Assembly (NCBI GenBank): GCA_045655865.1
Contig: JAZOQB010000035.1
Span: forward strand, 1-61,863
Direction: 5' to 3'
Length of the DNA stretch: 61,863 nucleotides
Origin: Eubacteriales bacterium
Lineage (GTDB): Bacteria > Bacillota > Clostridia > Oscillospirales > SIG627
In this document: piece by piece, positions 46,708 to 58,326 of the stretch
Position numbering within the stretch: the first letter of the stretch is position 1
Layout: the number at the start of each line of letters is the position of its first letter
The notes under the pieces: model-generated
What the model was told of the DNA's origin: nothing
Database searches by the model: none
Seen by the model: the letters and a program-made list of their open reading frames with translations, nothing else
Program-made: the position numbers and the translations under genes

Positions 46708-48195
46708 ATGAACGAAGAAAAAGAGATGGATTTTTCCAAAAAAGAAAATACCATCGACATCTTGGTCTCTCCAAAGAAAGAAGATGCCCCTCATAAGGCT
46801 CCCGCTTCCTCTGCCGGAACAGCGATCCCCCCTCGCACTGGCTCTTCCACTGCGCCCGGGGCAAAGAAGATCCCTACGGGAGAAGCGGATCGAACCCGCG
46901 CCATTCCCGGCGAAAAGAGTATTCGGACCTCCTCCGGCTCGAAAATCGCGGACCAGACCCGGGTGGGGAGCGGTGTGGTGATACCGGAGAAGAGCACGGC
47001 TACGTTGACAAAGCCCTCCAACAACAAGGGTCAGGGAAAGAACCGGTTAAAACTTTTAAAAAATGAGAAAAAAGAGCCCACTCCCGAAGAGAAAAAAGCC
47101 ATTCTTTCTTCTCTTCGTTCCACGGCAATGATGGCTCTTATTTATATCGCGGTGGTGGTGACCGTCTCTGCCGTTTTGTCCTATTTTGGTATTAGTTGGG
47201 CCAATGATGTGTTTGCTCTTGTGAAGGATGAGGTGGTAGCGACTGTCGTGATCCCTGAAAACGCAACCTTATCTGAGGTAGCGGACATTCTGGAAGACAG
47301 CGGACTGATCGAATATCCCACCATTTTCCGTCTGTACATCGGTTTTAAAAATCGAGATGCCAATCCGCCTTTAGGATTCCGTGCCGGGGAGCATGAGCTG
47401 CGAAGCACTCTCAATTACGATCAGATGGTCAGCGCGATCAAGAACCGTCGGAGCCGTGCCATCGAAACCATTACCATTCCGGAGGGATATACGGTAGATC
47501 AGATCATTGAACTGTTTACTTCCAAGGGAATCGGTACAAGGCAAGGCTTTGAAGAAGCCATCAATCAGTATCCGTATGACTACGAATTTATGGATCGGCT
47601 CAACCAGATCACCTTCGCTTCCGGTCGGCGCTATCGGCTGGAAGGATATCTGTTCCCGGATACCTACGACTTTTATACAGATTCCAGCGAGGTTGCCATT
47701 GTAGATAAAATGCTGGCTGCCTTTGAGGCGCATTTCGAAAGGGAATACTATGCTCGTCTGGATGAATTGAACATGAATTTGGATCAGGTGATCACTCTGG
47801 CGTCCATTATTCAGATGGAAGGAAAATTCAATGCTGATTTTTATCCCATCTCCGGAGTGTTTCACAACCGTCTTGCCTCCAAACATCTCAAGCGCATGCA
47901 ATCAGACGCCACGGTGCAGTATTGCCTGCCGGAGAGAAAACCGGAACTTACCTACGCAGACCTTGAGGTAGACGATCCCTACAACACGTACCGCTACGCC
48001 GGGCTTCCCCCTTCTGCCATTGCCAATCCGGGCTGGGATGCCATTCAGGCGGCGCTGTATCCTCAAAATCATAAGTATTATTACTTTATTTCCGATACCG
48101 ACGGTTCTACCTTGTTTGCTGTGGGTGAGCACGAGCACCTGAGAAACGTGAACGCTGTGGCAAAAGCCAAGGCAAACGGAACCAGCGTAGACTAA
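46708..48195 (+). CDS. mltG: Endolytic transglycosylase MltG
   Basis: TIPEG, LEGYLFPDTY, LASII..E, VF.NRL, QSDATV.Y, PYNTY...GLPP..I.NPG. Confidence 0.94.
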   Translation: MNEEKEMDFSKKENTIDILVSPKKEDAPHKAPASSAGTAIPPRTGSSTAPGAKKIPTGEADRTRAIPGEKSIRTSSGSKIADQTRVGSGVVIPEKSTATLTKPSNNKGQGKNRLKLLKNEKKEPTPEEKKAILSSLRSTAMMALIYIAVVVTVSAVLSYFGISWANDVFALVKDEVVATVVIPENATLSEVADILEDSGLIEYPTIFRLYIGFKNRDANPPLGFRAGEHELRSTLNYDQMVSAIKNRRSRAIETITIPEGYTVDQIIELFTSKGIGTRQGFEEAINQYPYDYEFMDRLNQITFASGRRYRLEGYLFPDTYDFYTDSSEVAIVDKMLAAFEAHFEREYYARLDELNMNLDQVITLASIIQMEGKFNADFYPISGVFHNRLASKHLKRMQSDATVQYCLPERKPELTYADLEVDDPYNTYRYAGLPPSAIANPGWDAIQAALYPQNHKYYYFISDTDGSTLFAVGEHEHLRNVNAVAKAKANGTSVD

Positions 48196-48220
48196 TTCTT
48201 TAAAAGAAAGGGAGAACCAT

Positions 48221-49537
48221 TTGGAACAGACTCTTCTCATCCTTCTTGTGGCTCTGACTGCTTTGAGCCTCGGTGTGACATTCTATACCCTTTGGAAAAT
48301 ATCCAAGGCCAATGGCCGAGGAGAAATATCCCGAGAGGATCTGGAGCGAACGGGCGAGCGCTTGGAGCGGTCGCTTGCTGCCACTCGCCGGGATCTGGAG
48401 GAAGATATTCACCGCACTTTGGAATCTTTTTCCCGCTCTCTTCGGGAAAACCAGAGTCAGGTCTTCGATCAGCAGGATCGGCGAATCCAGGATTTGACCC
48501 GCAATCTCAATACTGCCTTGAAGAACTTGGATGAAAGAGTGGGGCAGATGATCGCCATCCAGGAAAAGAGTGCTCAGGCTCTGCGGGAGACTGTGGATCA
48601 AAAACTGAGAGAATTGCGCCAGGACAACGAGAAGAGCCTGGGAGAGATCCGCCAGAACGTAGAAGAAAAATTGCAAAAAACTCTGGAGGATCGCATCAGT
48701 CGCTCTTTCCAGGAAGTCAGCGAACGGTTAAAGCAGGTGTACCAGGGTCTGGGAGAGATGCAAACCTTAGCTAGCGGGGTAGGGGATTTGAAAAAAGTCC
48801 TTGCCAATGTCAAGACCCGCGGTATTCTGGGAGAGATTCAGCTTGGGGCCATATTGGAAGAGATTCTGTCCCCCGAGCAGTATGAAACCAACGTGGTCAC
48901 CGTGCCCGGTTCCGACAAGCGAGTGGAATTTGCCGTCCGTCTCCCCGGAGACGGAGATCAGAAGGTCTATCTTCCCATTGACTCTAAGTTCCCGGCAGAC
49001 GCCTATATGAATTTACAGGACGCGTATGACGCCGGAGATCCGGATTTGATCAGAAATCAAAGAGCACAGCTGGAAAGCCGGATCAAGTCCTTTGCCAAAG
49101 ACATCCAGACCAAATACATCTCTGCGCCTCACACCACCGATTTTGCCATCCTCTTCCTTCCCACCGAAGGACTTTATGCGGAGGTGGTAAAAATGGGTTT
49201 GGTGGAGATCTTACAGAGAAATTACAAGGTCAATATCGCCGGCCCAACTACCATGGCCGCCCTGCTCAACTCCCTCCAGACCGGTTTTCGCACCCTGGCC
49301 ATTCAGAAGCGAAGCGGAGAGGTGTGGGAAGTTTTGGGGGCTGTGCGCACAGAATTTGAAAAGTTTGAGAGCGCCCTTCGGGATGCGCAAAGAAAGATTG
49401 ATCAGGCTCATGACGGCTTGGAAGCCCTGGTGGGGGTTCGTACCCGCCAGATCCAGCGGAAATTGAAAAAAGTTTCCGTTCTTCCCACTGACCGGGCCCA
49501 GATCCTTCTTGGCGAGGATAATGATGCAGAAGAATGA
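48221..49537 (+). CDS. rmuC: DNA recombination protein RmuC
   Basis: N-terminal TM and coiled coil; [38 protein letters not shown]. Confidence 0.94.
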   Translation: MEQTLLILLVALTALSLGVTFYTLWKISKANGRGEISREDLERTGERLERSLAATRRDLEEDIHRTLESFSRSLRENQSQVFDQQDRRIQDLTRNLNTALKNLDERVGQMIAIQEKSAQALRETVDQKLRELRQDNEKSLGEIRQNVEEKLQKTLEDRISRSFQEVSERLKQVYQGLGEMQTLASGVGDLKKVLANVKTRGILGEIQLGAILEEILSPEQYETNVVTVPGSDKRVEFAVRLPGDGDQKVYLPIDSKFPADAYMNLQDAYDAGDPDLIRNQRAQLESRIKSFAKDIQTKYISAPHTTDFAILFLPTEGLYAEVVKMGLVEILQRNYKVNIAGPTTMAALLNSLQTGFRTLAIQKRSGEVWEVLGAVRTEFEKFESALRDAQRKIDQAHDGLEALVGVRTRQIQRKLKKVSVLPTDRAQILLGEDNDAEE

Positions 49538-49994
49538 CAGTGTAAAAAATGCCGCCTCCAACCGCAAAGCCTTTCACGATTATTTTGTTGAAGAGCGATT
49601 TGAGGCGGGAATTGAGCTGTTTGGCACCGAGGTGAAATCGATCCGTCAGGGAACGGTCAATTTGAAGGATTCGTATCTGACCATTTCCGACGGCGAGCTG
49701 TTTGCCAAAGGGATTCACATCAGCCCTTACGAAAAAGGGAATATTTTTAACCGAGATCCTCTGCGACAGAGAAAACTTTTGATGCACAAAAAAGAAATTT
49801 TAAAGCTTCGCGCCCTTTCGGAGAAAGAGGGCTATACACTGATACCCCTTTCCCTTTATTTTAAAAAGGGGAGAGTGAAGGTAGAGGTGGGAGTGTGCCG
49901 AGGCAAGAAGCTTTATGACAAACGGGAAAGCGCACTCAAGAGGGACCTTGAGCGAGAAAATCGCCGGGGGATCAAATTGTCGGATCGAGAATAG
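49521..49994 (+). CDS. smpB: SsrA-binding protein
   Basis: [35 protein letters not shown]. Confidence 0.96.
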   Translation: MMQKNDSVKNAASNRKAFHDYFVEERFEAGIELFGTEVKSIRQGTVNLKDSYLTISDGELFAKGIHISPYEKGNIFNRDPLRQRKLLMHKKEILKLRALSEKEGYTLIPLSLYFKKGRVKVEVGVCRGKKLYDKRESALKRDLERENRRGIKLSDRE

Positions 49995-49998
49995 GAAT

Positions 49999-51798
49999 AT
50001 GGAAAAGAACATTCGAAATTTTTGTATCATCGCACATATCGACCACGGGAAATCTACCTTGGCCGACCGAATCCTGGAAATGACCGGATCTGTGGAAAAA
50101 AGGGAAATGGAGAACCAGGTTCTGGATAATATGGAGCTGGAACGGGAGCGTGGCATTACCATTAAGGCCCGTGCCGTCACGCTGGACTACAAGGCAAAGG
50201 ACGGCCAGGTCTATGAATTCAATCTGATCGATACTCCCGGCCACGTAGACTTTAACTACGAGGTTTCCCGGTCTCTTCGCGCTTGCGAAGGGGCGATCCT
50301 GGTGGTAGATTCCACCCAGGGGATCCAGGCTCAGACTTTGGCCAACGCATATCTTGCGGTGGATAACGATCTGGAGCTTTTTCCCGTGGTCAACAAAGTG
50401 GATCTTCCCGCCGCCGACCCGGAAAAGGTAAAGAAAGAGATCGAGGACGTGATCGGTATCCCTGCAGATTACGCTCCTTGCGTTTCTGCTAAAACGGGAC
50501 TTAACATCGAAGAGGTCCTGGAGGGGATCGTCCAGTACATTCCGGCGCCCAAACTTTTGCCGGAAAAGCCGTGCAAAGCCTTGATCTTTGATTCTTTTTA
50601 CGATGCTTACAAGGGCATCATCGTCTATTTCCGTCTCTTTGAAGGAACCCTTTCCCGGGGTGACCGGATTCGCCTGATGAGCACCGGCGCGGAGTTTGAC
50701 GTTACCGAAGTGGGCACTATGAAGACCTTTGGCTTTGCCCCTTGTGACACCCTGACGTCCGGACAGGTAGGATACCTTACCGCTTCCATCAAAACCCTGG
50801 CAGATACCCGTGTGGGCGATACCATTACCCTTGCGGAAAATCCAACAGAAAAACCTTTTGAAGGTTTCAAAAAAACGTTGCCCGTGGTGTTTTCCGGCAT
50901 CTATCCTGCTGACGGCGCCCGGTACAACGATTTGCGGGAAGCTCTGGAAAAACTCCAACTCAACGATGCCGCCCTTTCCTTTGAACCGGAGACCAGCGCC
51001 GCTTTGGGATTTGGCTTCCGTTGCGGCTTTTTGGGACTTTTACACATGGAAGTGATCCAGGAACGCCTGGAGAGGGAGTTCAACCTGGATTTGATCACCA
51101 CCGCTCCCAGCGTGATCTATAAGCTGGAAATGACAAACGGTCAGATCGTTTACATTGACAATCCCACCAATTATCCTGCTACTGAGACCATCGCTTCCGC
51201 CATGGAGCCGGTGGTGAAGGCAAGCATCATCACCCCGGTGGAATACGTGGGAGGAATCATGGACCTGTGTCAGGACCGGCGCGGGGAATTTGTGGATATG
51301 AAGTACATCACCCCCACCCGGACAGAGCTTCATTATAAACTTCCATTAAACGAGATCGTCTATGACTTTTTCGACGCGCTCAAATCCCGTAGCAAGGGCT
51401 ACGCCTCTTTTGATTACAGCGATACCGAATACGTCCCCTCTAAACTGGTGAAGCTTGACATTCTTTTGAACGGCGATCCGGTGGACGCTCTTTCTTTCAT
51501 CGTCCATAGCGACAAGGCTTACCCCAGAGCACGAAGGATCGCGGAAAAACTCAAGGAAAACATTCCCCGTCAGCTTTTTGAGATTCCCGTTCAAGCGGCG
51601 GTGGGAGGCAGAGTCATTGCCCGGGAGACGGTCAAGGCTATGCGCAAGGATGTCCTGGCTAAGTGTTACGGCGGCGATATCACCCGGAAAAAGAAGCTTC
51701 TGGAAAAGCAGAAAGAAGGCAAGAAGAAAATGCGCTCTCTGGGTAGCGTAGAAGTGCCTCAGGAAGCTTTTATGGCGGTTTTGAAATTGGATGAATAA
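49999..51798 (+). CDS. lepA: Elongation factor 4 (LepA)
   Basis: [54 protein letters not shown]. Confidence 0.97.
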   Translation: MEKNIRNFCIIAHIDHGKSTLADRILEMTGSVEKREMENQVLDNMELERERGITIKARAVTLDYKAKDGQVYEFNLIDTPGHVDFNYEVSRSLRACEGAILVVDSTQGIQAQTLANAYLAVDNDLELFPVVNKVDLPAADPEKVKKEIEDVIGIPADYAPCVSAKTGLNIEEVLEGIVQYIPAPKLLPEKPCKALIFDSFYDAYKGIIVYFRLFEGTLSRGDRIRLMSTGAEFDVTEVGTMKTFGFAPCDTLTSGQVGYLTASIKTLADTRVGDTITLAENPTEKPFEGFKKTLPVVFSGIYPADGARYNDLREALEKLQLNDAALSFEPETSAALGFGFRCGFLGLLHMEVIQERLEREFNLDLITTAPSVIYKLEMTNGQIVYIDNPTNYPATETIASAMEPVVKASIITPVEYVGGIMDLCQDRRGEFVDMKYITPTRTELHYKLPLNEIVYDFFDALKSRSKGYASFDYSDTEYVPSKLVKLDILLNGDPVDALSFIVHSDKAYPRARRIAEKLKENIPRQLFEIPVQAAVGGRVIARETVKAMRKDVLAKCYGGDITRKKKLLEKQKEGKKKMRSLGSVEVPQEAFMAVLKLDE

Positions 51799-52909
51799 GA
51801 TCAGCCTTTATTTACATTTTCCTTTTTGCAAAAATAAGTGTGGGTACTGCGATTTTTATTCTCTCCCCGCACTGTCCCGGATCCCGGCGTATGAAAGTGC
51901 TCTGTGCCGCGCCATCCCCCCGTTTCGGGAAGCGCTCTCTTCCTATACGGTAGATACTTTGTATTGGGGCGGCGGAACCCCCAGCCTGATATCTCCGGAA
52001 GGTGTGCAAGCGGTCTTTTCGGCGTTGCGGGAGAATTTTTCCCTTTCCGGGGAATGTGAGATCACCATGGAAATGAACCCGGAATCCGCCTCGGACGAGA
52101 TTTTGCTGGCAGCGCAGATTGCGGGAGTCAATCGTCTGAGCTTTGGCATGCAGTCTGCTGTGGATGAGGAGCTTTCTGCCATTGGAAGGTGTCATCGGGC
52201 AAAGGATGTCAGATCGGCGGTGAAACGGGCGAAACAGATCGGTTTTGATAATATCAGCTTGGATCTGATGTATGGCCTCCCGGGACAGACCCGGGAAAGC
52301 TTTCGACAGAGTCTTGAGGCTGCTCTTTCCATGGATATCCAGCACATTTCCTATTATTGTCTGACTCTCTCTTCCACGGTTCCCCTCTGCAAAATAAGAG
52401 AGAGCCTTCCCGGAGAGGAAGAGGTGCGAGAGATGTATCTTGACGCTTGTTCCTTTGTAAAACGCTCAGGTCTGGATCAATATGAGATCTCTAACGCTGC
52501 CCGTCCCGGTTTTGCTTCCCGGCACAATCTTTGTTACTGGGAGGGCGGGGAATACCTGGGTTTTGGTCCCGGTGCCCATTCGTATTTTCAGGGGAAACGC
52601 TTTTTTGTGAAGGAAGATCTGGAATCCTTCTTGTCCGATCCTGAAGGATCGGTCCAAGTGGAAGAGACCCTCTCTTTTAGAGACCGGCTGGAGGAGAACG
52701 TGATGCTCTCGCTGCGGCTGGCAAAAGGCTTGGATCTTCATCAGCTCGAGGCATTTTGCCGGAAGGAAACGGTTCAACGAATCGAAGAAAAATTTTCTCT
52801 TTGGGCTCGACACGGCCTGGCGGAAAAGACCCGGAACGGATTTCGCCTGACCCCGGAAGGCTTTTTTGTGTCCAATGAAATGATCGCTTCGATCTTATCA
52901 ATTTTGTAA
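51791..52909 (+). CDS. hemW: Radical SAM heme chaperone HemW (HemN-like)
   Basis: [37 protein letters not shown]; follows lepA. Confidence 0.9.
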   Translation: MNKISLYLHFPFCKNKCGYCDFYSLPALSRIPAYESALCRAIPPFREALSSYTVDTLYWGGGTPSLISPEGVQAVFSALRENFSLSGECEITMEMNPESASDEILLAAQIAGVNRLSFGMQSAVDEELSAIGRCHRAKDVRSAVKRAKQIGFDNISLDLMYGLPGQTRESFRQSLEAALSMDIQHISYYCLTLSSTVPLCKIRESLPGEEEVREMYLDACSFVKRSGLDQYEISNAARPGFASRHNLCYWEGGEYLGFGPGAHSYFQGKRFFVKEDLESFLSDPEGSVQVEETLSFRDRLEENVMLSLRLAKGLDLHQLEAFCRKETVQRIEEKFSLWARHGLAEKTRNGFRLTPEGFFVSNEMIASILSIL

Positions 52910-52918
52910 GGAGTTCTC

Positions 52919-53476
52919 ATGAAACATACCATTCGTATCTTGTCTCTTTTCTTGGCTCTGACCCTGTCCTTTCCTCTCGTAGCCTGCTCTCAGCAGGAAG
53001 CACAGGGGCCTGAGGGTTTTCTTTTGGCGGAAAACGAGGGAGCGGACTATTACTTTTATTACCCGGCCACTTGGATTTTGGATCGGTGTGACGCAGGCAT
53101 GACATCTGCCTACGTTTCCGAAACGGATTTTTCCAATGTCAGTGTTACCGTGTTTACCGCTTCCGCAGAGTATAAGAGCTTACCGGATTACGCTAAGGAC
53201 TACTATTTTACTCAGTTCAAAGACAATTTCCAGAACCTGACGCTGGAATATAACCAAGACGGATCTTTGAAACGAAGCAATTTGAAAATTGACGAGAGTG
53301 ACGCCATTGCGGTGAATTTTTCTGCAGTTTTTGCCGGGGAGAACTATTCTTTCCGGGCCTGGTTCCTCTATTACAACGGTTATATCTATACGGTTCTCTA
53401 TACGGCAAAGAGCGCCGTGTTTGAGAGCCATTTGGAAGTGGCCGGTCAGATCGCAGAGAATCTTCGGCTCAAATAA
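52919..53476 (+). CDS. Putative lipoprotein, unknown function
   Basis: Signal peptide with lipobox LVAC; YP..W pattern suggests a PsbP/DcrB-like fold (inference). Confidence 0.75.
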   Translation: MKHTIRILSLFLALTLSFPLVACSQQEAQGPEGFLLAENEGADYYFYYPATWILDRCDAGMTSAYVSETDFSNVSVTVFTASAEYKSLPDYAKDYYFTQFKDNFQNLTLEYNQDGSLKRSNLKIDESDAIAVNFSAVFAGENYSFRAWFLYYNGYIYTVLYTAKSAVFESHLEVAGQIAENLRLK

Positions 53477-53488
53477 AGGAGAATACAG

Positions 53489-54511
53489 ATGGAAGAACAG
53501 AAGAATCCACGCGTTGGAAAAGTGGGCGGCCAGGCGGTGCTGGAAGGCATTATGATGCGTGGCCCGCAAAGCTATACCACCGCGGTCCGCAAGGCGGATG
53601 GCACCATTATCCGGGATAGCCATCCCAATGAGATCAAAAAGAAAAACTGGTTCTTTCGGCTTCCCGTGGTTCGGGGAGTGGTCAGCTTTGTGGAAAGCAT
53701 GATCCTTTCTTTTTCTACCCTAAGTTTTGCCGCTGAAGCCATAGAAATCGAAGAAGAGACCAAATTTGAAAAATGGCTGGCAAAGCACCTGGGAAAGAGC
53801 TTGACCGGGGTCATTATGGCCGTCGGCACCGTTTTGGGTCTGATCTTGGGGATCTTCCTCTTTCTGGTTTTGCCCGCTCTTCTTACAAGCATGATCCCAA
53901 ACGAAATCGTGCGCAAGGTGATAGAGGGTGTTTTGCGCATTGCTATTTTCTTGGGGTACGTTTCCCTGGTTTCGCTGACAAGCGATATCAAGCGGGTCTT
54001 TATGTACCACGGCGCCGAACACAAGAGTATTTTCTGCTATGAAAAAGGACTGGAACTGAACGTGGAGAACATTCGCGCCCAAAAGCGGTTTCATCCTCGC
54101 TGCGGTACCAGCTTTATGGTTTTGATGATGCTTGTGGGGATCGTTATCGGTCTTCTGATCGGCATCGTGTTTCCCGCCACCCGGGCAAGTACGCTTTTGT
54201 ATATTGCCATCAAGATCCTGCTTTTGCCGCTGACCATGGGACTGGGGTACGAGATCATTCGCTTTGCCGGACGCCACGACAACGCCCTGATCCGCATCGT
54301 TACCGCTCCCGGCCTTTGGATCCAGCGCATCACCACAAAAGAACCCGAGGACGATATGATCGAGGTTGCCATTGTAGCACTAAAATCCGCTCTTCCGGAG
54401 GAATTTGCGGAGGAAGAGGTGTTTTCCGGGATCTCTGTCCCCAAGTCTGAGGCCGAGAACGTGGAAGAAAAATTATCTGAGGAAACATCCGCCGCTCAGG
54501 AGGAAGTATGA
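53489..54511 (+). CDS. DUF1385 (YqhQ-like) membrane protein
   Basis: VGGQAV.EG.MMR, VF.YHGAEHK, HPRCGTSF, PGLW.Q..TT.EP. Confidence 0.93.
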   Translation: MEEQKNPRVGKVGGQAVLEGIMMRGPQSYTTAVRKADGTIIRDSHPNEIKKKNWFFRLPVVRGVVSFVESMILSFSTLSFAAEAIEIEEETKFEKWLAKHLGKSLTGVIMAVGTVLGLILGIFLFLVLPALLTSMIPNEIVRKVIEGVLRIAIFLGYVSLVSLTSDIKRVFMYHGAEHKSIFCYEKGLELNVENIRAQKRFHPRCGTSFMVLMMLVGIVIGLLIGIVFPATRASTLLYIAIKILLLPLTMGLGYEIIRFAGRHDNALIRIVTAPGLWIQRITTKEPEDDMIEVAIVALKSALPEEFAEEEVFSGISVPKSEAENVEEKLSEETSAAQEEV

Positions 54512-55347
54512 CCGTCCGGGAGCTGAGTCTTCTTGTCAAAAAAGCATACCGAAACAAAGATGGAGAGCGCTTTTTCACCGAAAAAGCGCTCCTTTCTGCG
54601 CTCTTTGAGAAAAACGGACTGGACCGTTCTCTTCCGCTGATCGATCCGGATCTTGCCCTTACGGAAGAACTGGAGAGGGCGTTCCTTTCCGATCTGGACC
54701 GGCTTCTTTCCGGAGAGCCTTTGCAGTATTATCTGGGAACAGAGTTTTTCTGCGGCCGGGAATTTCTGGTTTCACCCGGTGTCCTTATCCCGCGTCCGGA
54801 AACGGAGCTCCTGGTAGAATTGGGAAAAAAAGAAGCGGAAAAGGGAAGTCTGGTTTTTGATTTTTGCTGTGGCTCCGGTTGTGTTGGCATTGCCCTTTTG
54901 CTTGCAAGAGAGGATCTATCCTGCCACGCGTTTGACGTCTCTTCCCAGGCTTTGGCTCTTGCGAAAAAAAACCGAGCACGATTCTCATTGGAAAACCGGC
55001 TCTGGGTTGAAGAACTTGACGTTTTATCCTCCGGGGCTCTGCAGCTTTTGCAGCGGGAAAAACCATCTCTTGTTTTAGCCAATCCCCCGTATTTAACACG
55101 TCAGGAAATGGAGAATATCCCGGAAAATGTCAGACGGGAACCTGCGATTGCGCTTCTTGGCGGAGAGGACGGTCTTTTGTTCTACCGAGCCTTCGCTGAA
55201 TATTGCCGGGTGAGCGGCATTCCCTTCCTCTGCGAGATCGGATCCGCTCAGGAGGAGAAAATCCGAGAATTGATGGAATCCCAAGGTCTTAGCGTCACAT
55301 TTTATCGAGATTTTTCTGATCTTCCCCGCGCCTTTTTGATCCGATGA
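54508..55347 (+). CDS. prmC: Release factor glutamine methyltransferase
   Basis: GEPLQY, VLIPRPETE.LV, D.C.GSG, NPPY, EP..AL.GG.DGL.FY. Confidence 0.93.
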   Translation: MTVRELSLLVKKAYRNKDGERFFTEKALLSALFEKNGLDRSLPLIDPDLALTEELERAFLSDLDRLLSGEPLQYYLGTEFFCGREFLVSPGVLIPRPETELLVELGKKEAEKGSLVFDFCCGSGCVGIALLLAREDLSCHAFDVSSQALALAKKNRARFSLENRLWVEELDVLSSGALQLLQREKPSLVLANPPYLTRQEMENIPENVRREPAIALLGGEDGLLFYRAFAEYCRVSGIPFLCEIGSAQEEKIRELMESQGLSVTFYRDFSDLPRAFLIR

Positions 55348-55398
55348 TATCAAAGGGCAAAAGAATCAAAAAAAGCCCTTTCTTCGGCAAAAAATCAC

Positions 55399-55428
55399 TT
55401 GCCAAAAAGCACCTGCTTATGATATAAT
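55399..55428 (+). promoter_or_regulatory. recA promoter with spacer palindrome
   Basis: TTGCCA-18bp-TATAAT (TG-extended) with AAGCACCTGCTT in the spacer. Confidence 0.6.
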
Positions 55429-55463
55429 ATACATAGATACCATGGGGAAACTTTTGTGGAGGA

Positions 55464-56594
55464 ATGAAGATGGCAAAAGCCGAAAAAACAACGAAAGCAA
55501 ATAGTGAAAAGATCGAGACCGGCATGCAGGAAGGAAAACGCAAGGCGATCCAAACTGCTATGGGTCAAATCGAGAAAAAATACGGAAAAGGCGCCATTAT
55601 GAAGTTGGGTGAAAACGCCACCATGAATGTCAGTGCCATTTCTACCGGATCCCTTTCTTTGGACCTTGCTCTCGGGATCGGCGGTGTTCCCCGTGGGCGC
55701 ATCATTGAAATCTACGGCCCGGAATCTTCGGGTAAGACCACGGTTGCCCTACAGGTCATCGCATCGGCTCAGAAGGCCGGGGGCGCTGCCGCTTTTATCG
55801 ATGCGGAGCACGCTTTGGATCCCGTGTATGCCAAAGCTCTGGGTGTGGATATCGACAATTTGCTCGTTTCCCAGCCCGACAGCGGAGAGCAGGCGCTGGA
55901 GATTGCAGAGGCCCTGGTTCGCTCTGATGCTATCGACGTGATCGTAGTGGACTCTGTGGCGGCCTTGGTTCCCAGAAGTGAGATCGAAGGAGAAATGGGC
56001 CAGTCTTCCGTGGGTGTTCAGGCGAGATTGATGAGCCAGGCGCTCAGAAAGATTGCCGGTGCGATCGCCAAGAGCCAATGCGCCTTTATTTTCATCAATC
56101 AGCTCCGGGAAAAGGTTGGTGTGATGTACGGCAATCCGGAGGTCACCACCGGCGGCCGTGCCCTTCGTTTTTACTCCTCCGTTCGTATTGATGTACGCCG
56201 CGGTGAGCAGATCAAGGAAAAGGGCGATGTGGTTGGAAACCACATCAAGTGTAAGATCGCCAAGAATAAGGTCGCTCCTCCTTTTAGGGTAGCGGAGTTT
56301 GACATTCTCTACGGACAGGGCATTTCCAGAGAAAGCGAGATCATTGAGATCGCTTTGCAGTACGAGATCATTCAAAAGAGCGGAAGCTGGTTCTCCTATC
56401 AGGGCGAACGGCTGGCTCAAGGCAAAGAGAACGTACGTATCTACCTGAAAGACCATCCGGAATTGGCGGAAGAGATCGCCCAAAAAGCCATTGCCCTCAC
56501 AAAGGAAACCCCGGCGGAGAAGGTCAGCGGAGAATCCATCTTTGACACCGAGGAAGAAGAAGACGACGATCTGGGCTTGGATGATTTGGAATAA
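55464..56594 (+). CDS. recA: Recombinase RecA
   Basis: [42 protein letters not shown]. Confidence 0.98.
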   Translation: MKMAKAEKTTKANSEKIETGMQEGKRKAIQTAMGQIEKKYGKGAIMKLGENATMNVSAISTGSLSLDLALGIGGVPRGRIIEIYGPESSGKTTVALQVIASAQKAGGAAAFIDAEHALDPVYAKALGVDIDNLLVSQPDSGEQALEIAEALVRSDAIDVIVVDSVAALVPRSEIEGEMGQSSVGVQARLMSQALRKIAGAIAKSQCAFIFINQLREKVGVMYGNPEVTTGGRALRFYSSVRIDVRRGEQIKEKGDVVGNHIKCKIAKNKVAPPFRVAEFDILYGQGISRESEIIEIALQYEIIQKSGSWFSYQGERLAQGKENVRIYLKDHPELAEEIAQKAIALTKETPAEKVSGESIFDTEEEEDDDLGLDDLE

Positions 56595-56658
56595 AACCGG
56601 ATTCAAAAAAACAAAGCTTACAACATTTCAAAGATAAAAAATAAGGACGGATGAAGCA

Positions 56659-57822
56659 ATGATTACCATGCCTGGACAGAAGATCACCGCAGAGGATGTT
56701 TTTAAGGAGCAGGATCGCGTCGCTCCTTTAAAGATCATTTCCCTGGGAGCGGATGAACTGGCACAAAAAGTGAATTATTATCTGACTTCCTGGGCGAAAA
56801 ACGCCGGATGGGACAGTTTTGACAACTTCCTGGTTTCTGCGGAGTGCCCTCGCTTTTCTTCCGGAGAAGCAAAAGGAATCATCTACGAATCGGTTCGCGG
56901 AAACGATTTGTTTTTATTGGTTGACGTGGGAAATTACAGCATCATGTACAACATGTTTGGTCAGAAAAACCACATGAGTGCTGACGATCATTACCAGGAT
57001 CTGAAGCGGATCATTCAGGCGGCCAGCGGAAGAGCCAATCGACTGAACGTGATCATGCCTTTGCTCTACGGCGGCCGTCAGCATCGAAGAAGTTACCGTG
57101 AGTCTCTGGACTGCGCCTATTCTCTCCAGGAAATGCACTCCATGGGCGTGCAGAATCTGATTACCTTTGATGCTCACGATCCCAGAGTGCAGAACGCGGT
57201 TCCTCTGATGGGATTTGACAGTTTCATGCCCTATTATCAAGTGATCAAGTCCATGTTCCGTGCCTACCCTGACCTTGCCCCCTGCAAGGACAACTTTATG
57301 GTGGTCAGCCCTGACGAAGGCGCCATCAACCGTAATATGTACTACGCCTCCGTTCTTGGCGTGAATATGGGTCTGTTCTACAAGAGACGGGATTATTCCC
57401 GCGTGGTAGAGGGGAGAAACCCCATCGTGGCTCACGAGTATCTGGGCGAATCCATGGAAGGGAAAGATGTGTTCATTGCGGACGACATCATCGCCTCCGG
57501 AGATTCCGTTCTGGACATCGCCCACGAAATGAAACGCCGCGGGGCAAAAAGAGTTTTTGCTTATGCCACCTACGCCATTTTTTCCGCCGGTCACGAAAGA
57601 ATTGATAAGGCCTACGAGGACGGCATTTTGGATGGCATTTTCGGAAGCAACTTGACCTACATCAGTCAGGAGACTCGCTCAAAGCCTTGGTTCCACGAAG
57701 TGGATGTTTCCAAGTACTTAGCTTATATCATTGCAGCTTTGAATCATAATTTGTCTGTTGCTGCGCTTCTGGATCCTCACGAAAAGATCAACACGCTTTT
57801 GAAAAAGCGCGGCCTTCGCTAA
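56659..57822 (+). CDS. prs: Ribose-phosphate pyrophosphokinase (long clostridial type)
   Basis: RF.SGE, SVRG.D, VIMP.LY..RQ, VVSPDEG, KRRD, PRPP loop DDIIASG. Confidence 0.85.
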   Translation: MITMPGQKITAEDVFKEQDRVAPLKIISLGADELAQKVNYYLTSWAKNAGWDSFDNFLVSAECPRFSSGEAKGIIYESVRGNDLFLLVDVGNYSIMYNMFGQKNHMSADDHYQDLKRIIQAASGRANRLNVIMPLLYGGRQHRRSYRESLDCAYSLQEMHSMGVQNLITFDAHDPRVQNAVPLMGFDSFMPYYQVIKSMFRAYPDLAPCKDNFMVVSPDEGAINRNMYYASVLGVNMGLFYKRRDYSRVVEGRNPIVAHEYLGESMEGKDVFIADDIIASGDSVLDIAHEMKRRGAKRVFAYATYAIFSAGHERIDKAYEDGILDGIFGSNLTYISQETRSKPWFHEVDVSKYLAYIIAALNHNLSVAALLDPHEKINTLLKKRGLR

Positions 57823-58316
57823 TGGAAATTCCCAAAGAGCTTTCCCCCTGTGTAAAAAAGGCCCTTTCGCGCCTTGGCATAGGGGATATGACTGTAGGGG
57901 AAATGCTGGATTACCTTTCGGATCCTTATCGGAAGAATACTGCTTTTCCGCCGGAAGTCGCCGAGAGAGCGGTTTCCCTTTTGATTCAGGAAGGCTTTTT
58001 GGACGATAAGCGTTACCTGCGCATCGTGCTCCGTCGTTTGGATGCTCGCCTTTTCGGTCCGCGACGGATCCGGGAGGAATTGGTCCGTCACCGTTTTTCG
58101 CCCGGTTATGTCAAGGCGGCACTTGACCGGTCTGTGGATTACACAAAGAGAGCCAAAATGCTTCTTGACAAAAAGCCGGAGGCTTCGCAAATGGCATCGA
58201 CCCTCCCCGGGAGGAAAAAACTGATGGATTATCTGGCCCGTCACGGCTACGATTACGGCACTGCAAAGGCTGCGGTGGACCGGATCGGCCAAGGGTGTGA
58301 AAACTGTTTCGATTGA
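57822..58316 (+). CDS. recX: Regulatory protein RecX
   Basis: GFLDD.RY, FGPRRI..EL, K...YL.R.GY; near recA. Confidence 0.8.
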   Translation: MEIPKELSPCVKKALSRLGIGDMTVGEMLDYLSDPYRKNTAFPPEVAERAVSLLIQEGFLDDKRYLRIVLRRLDARLFGPRRIREELVRHRFSPGYVKAALDRSVDYTKRAKMLLDKKPEASQMASTLPGRKKLMDYLARHGYDYGTAKAAVDRIGQGCENCFD

Positions 58317-58326
58317 AAGGAAAACT

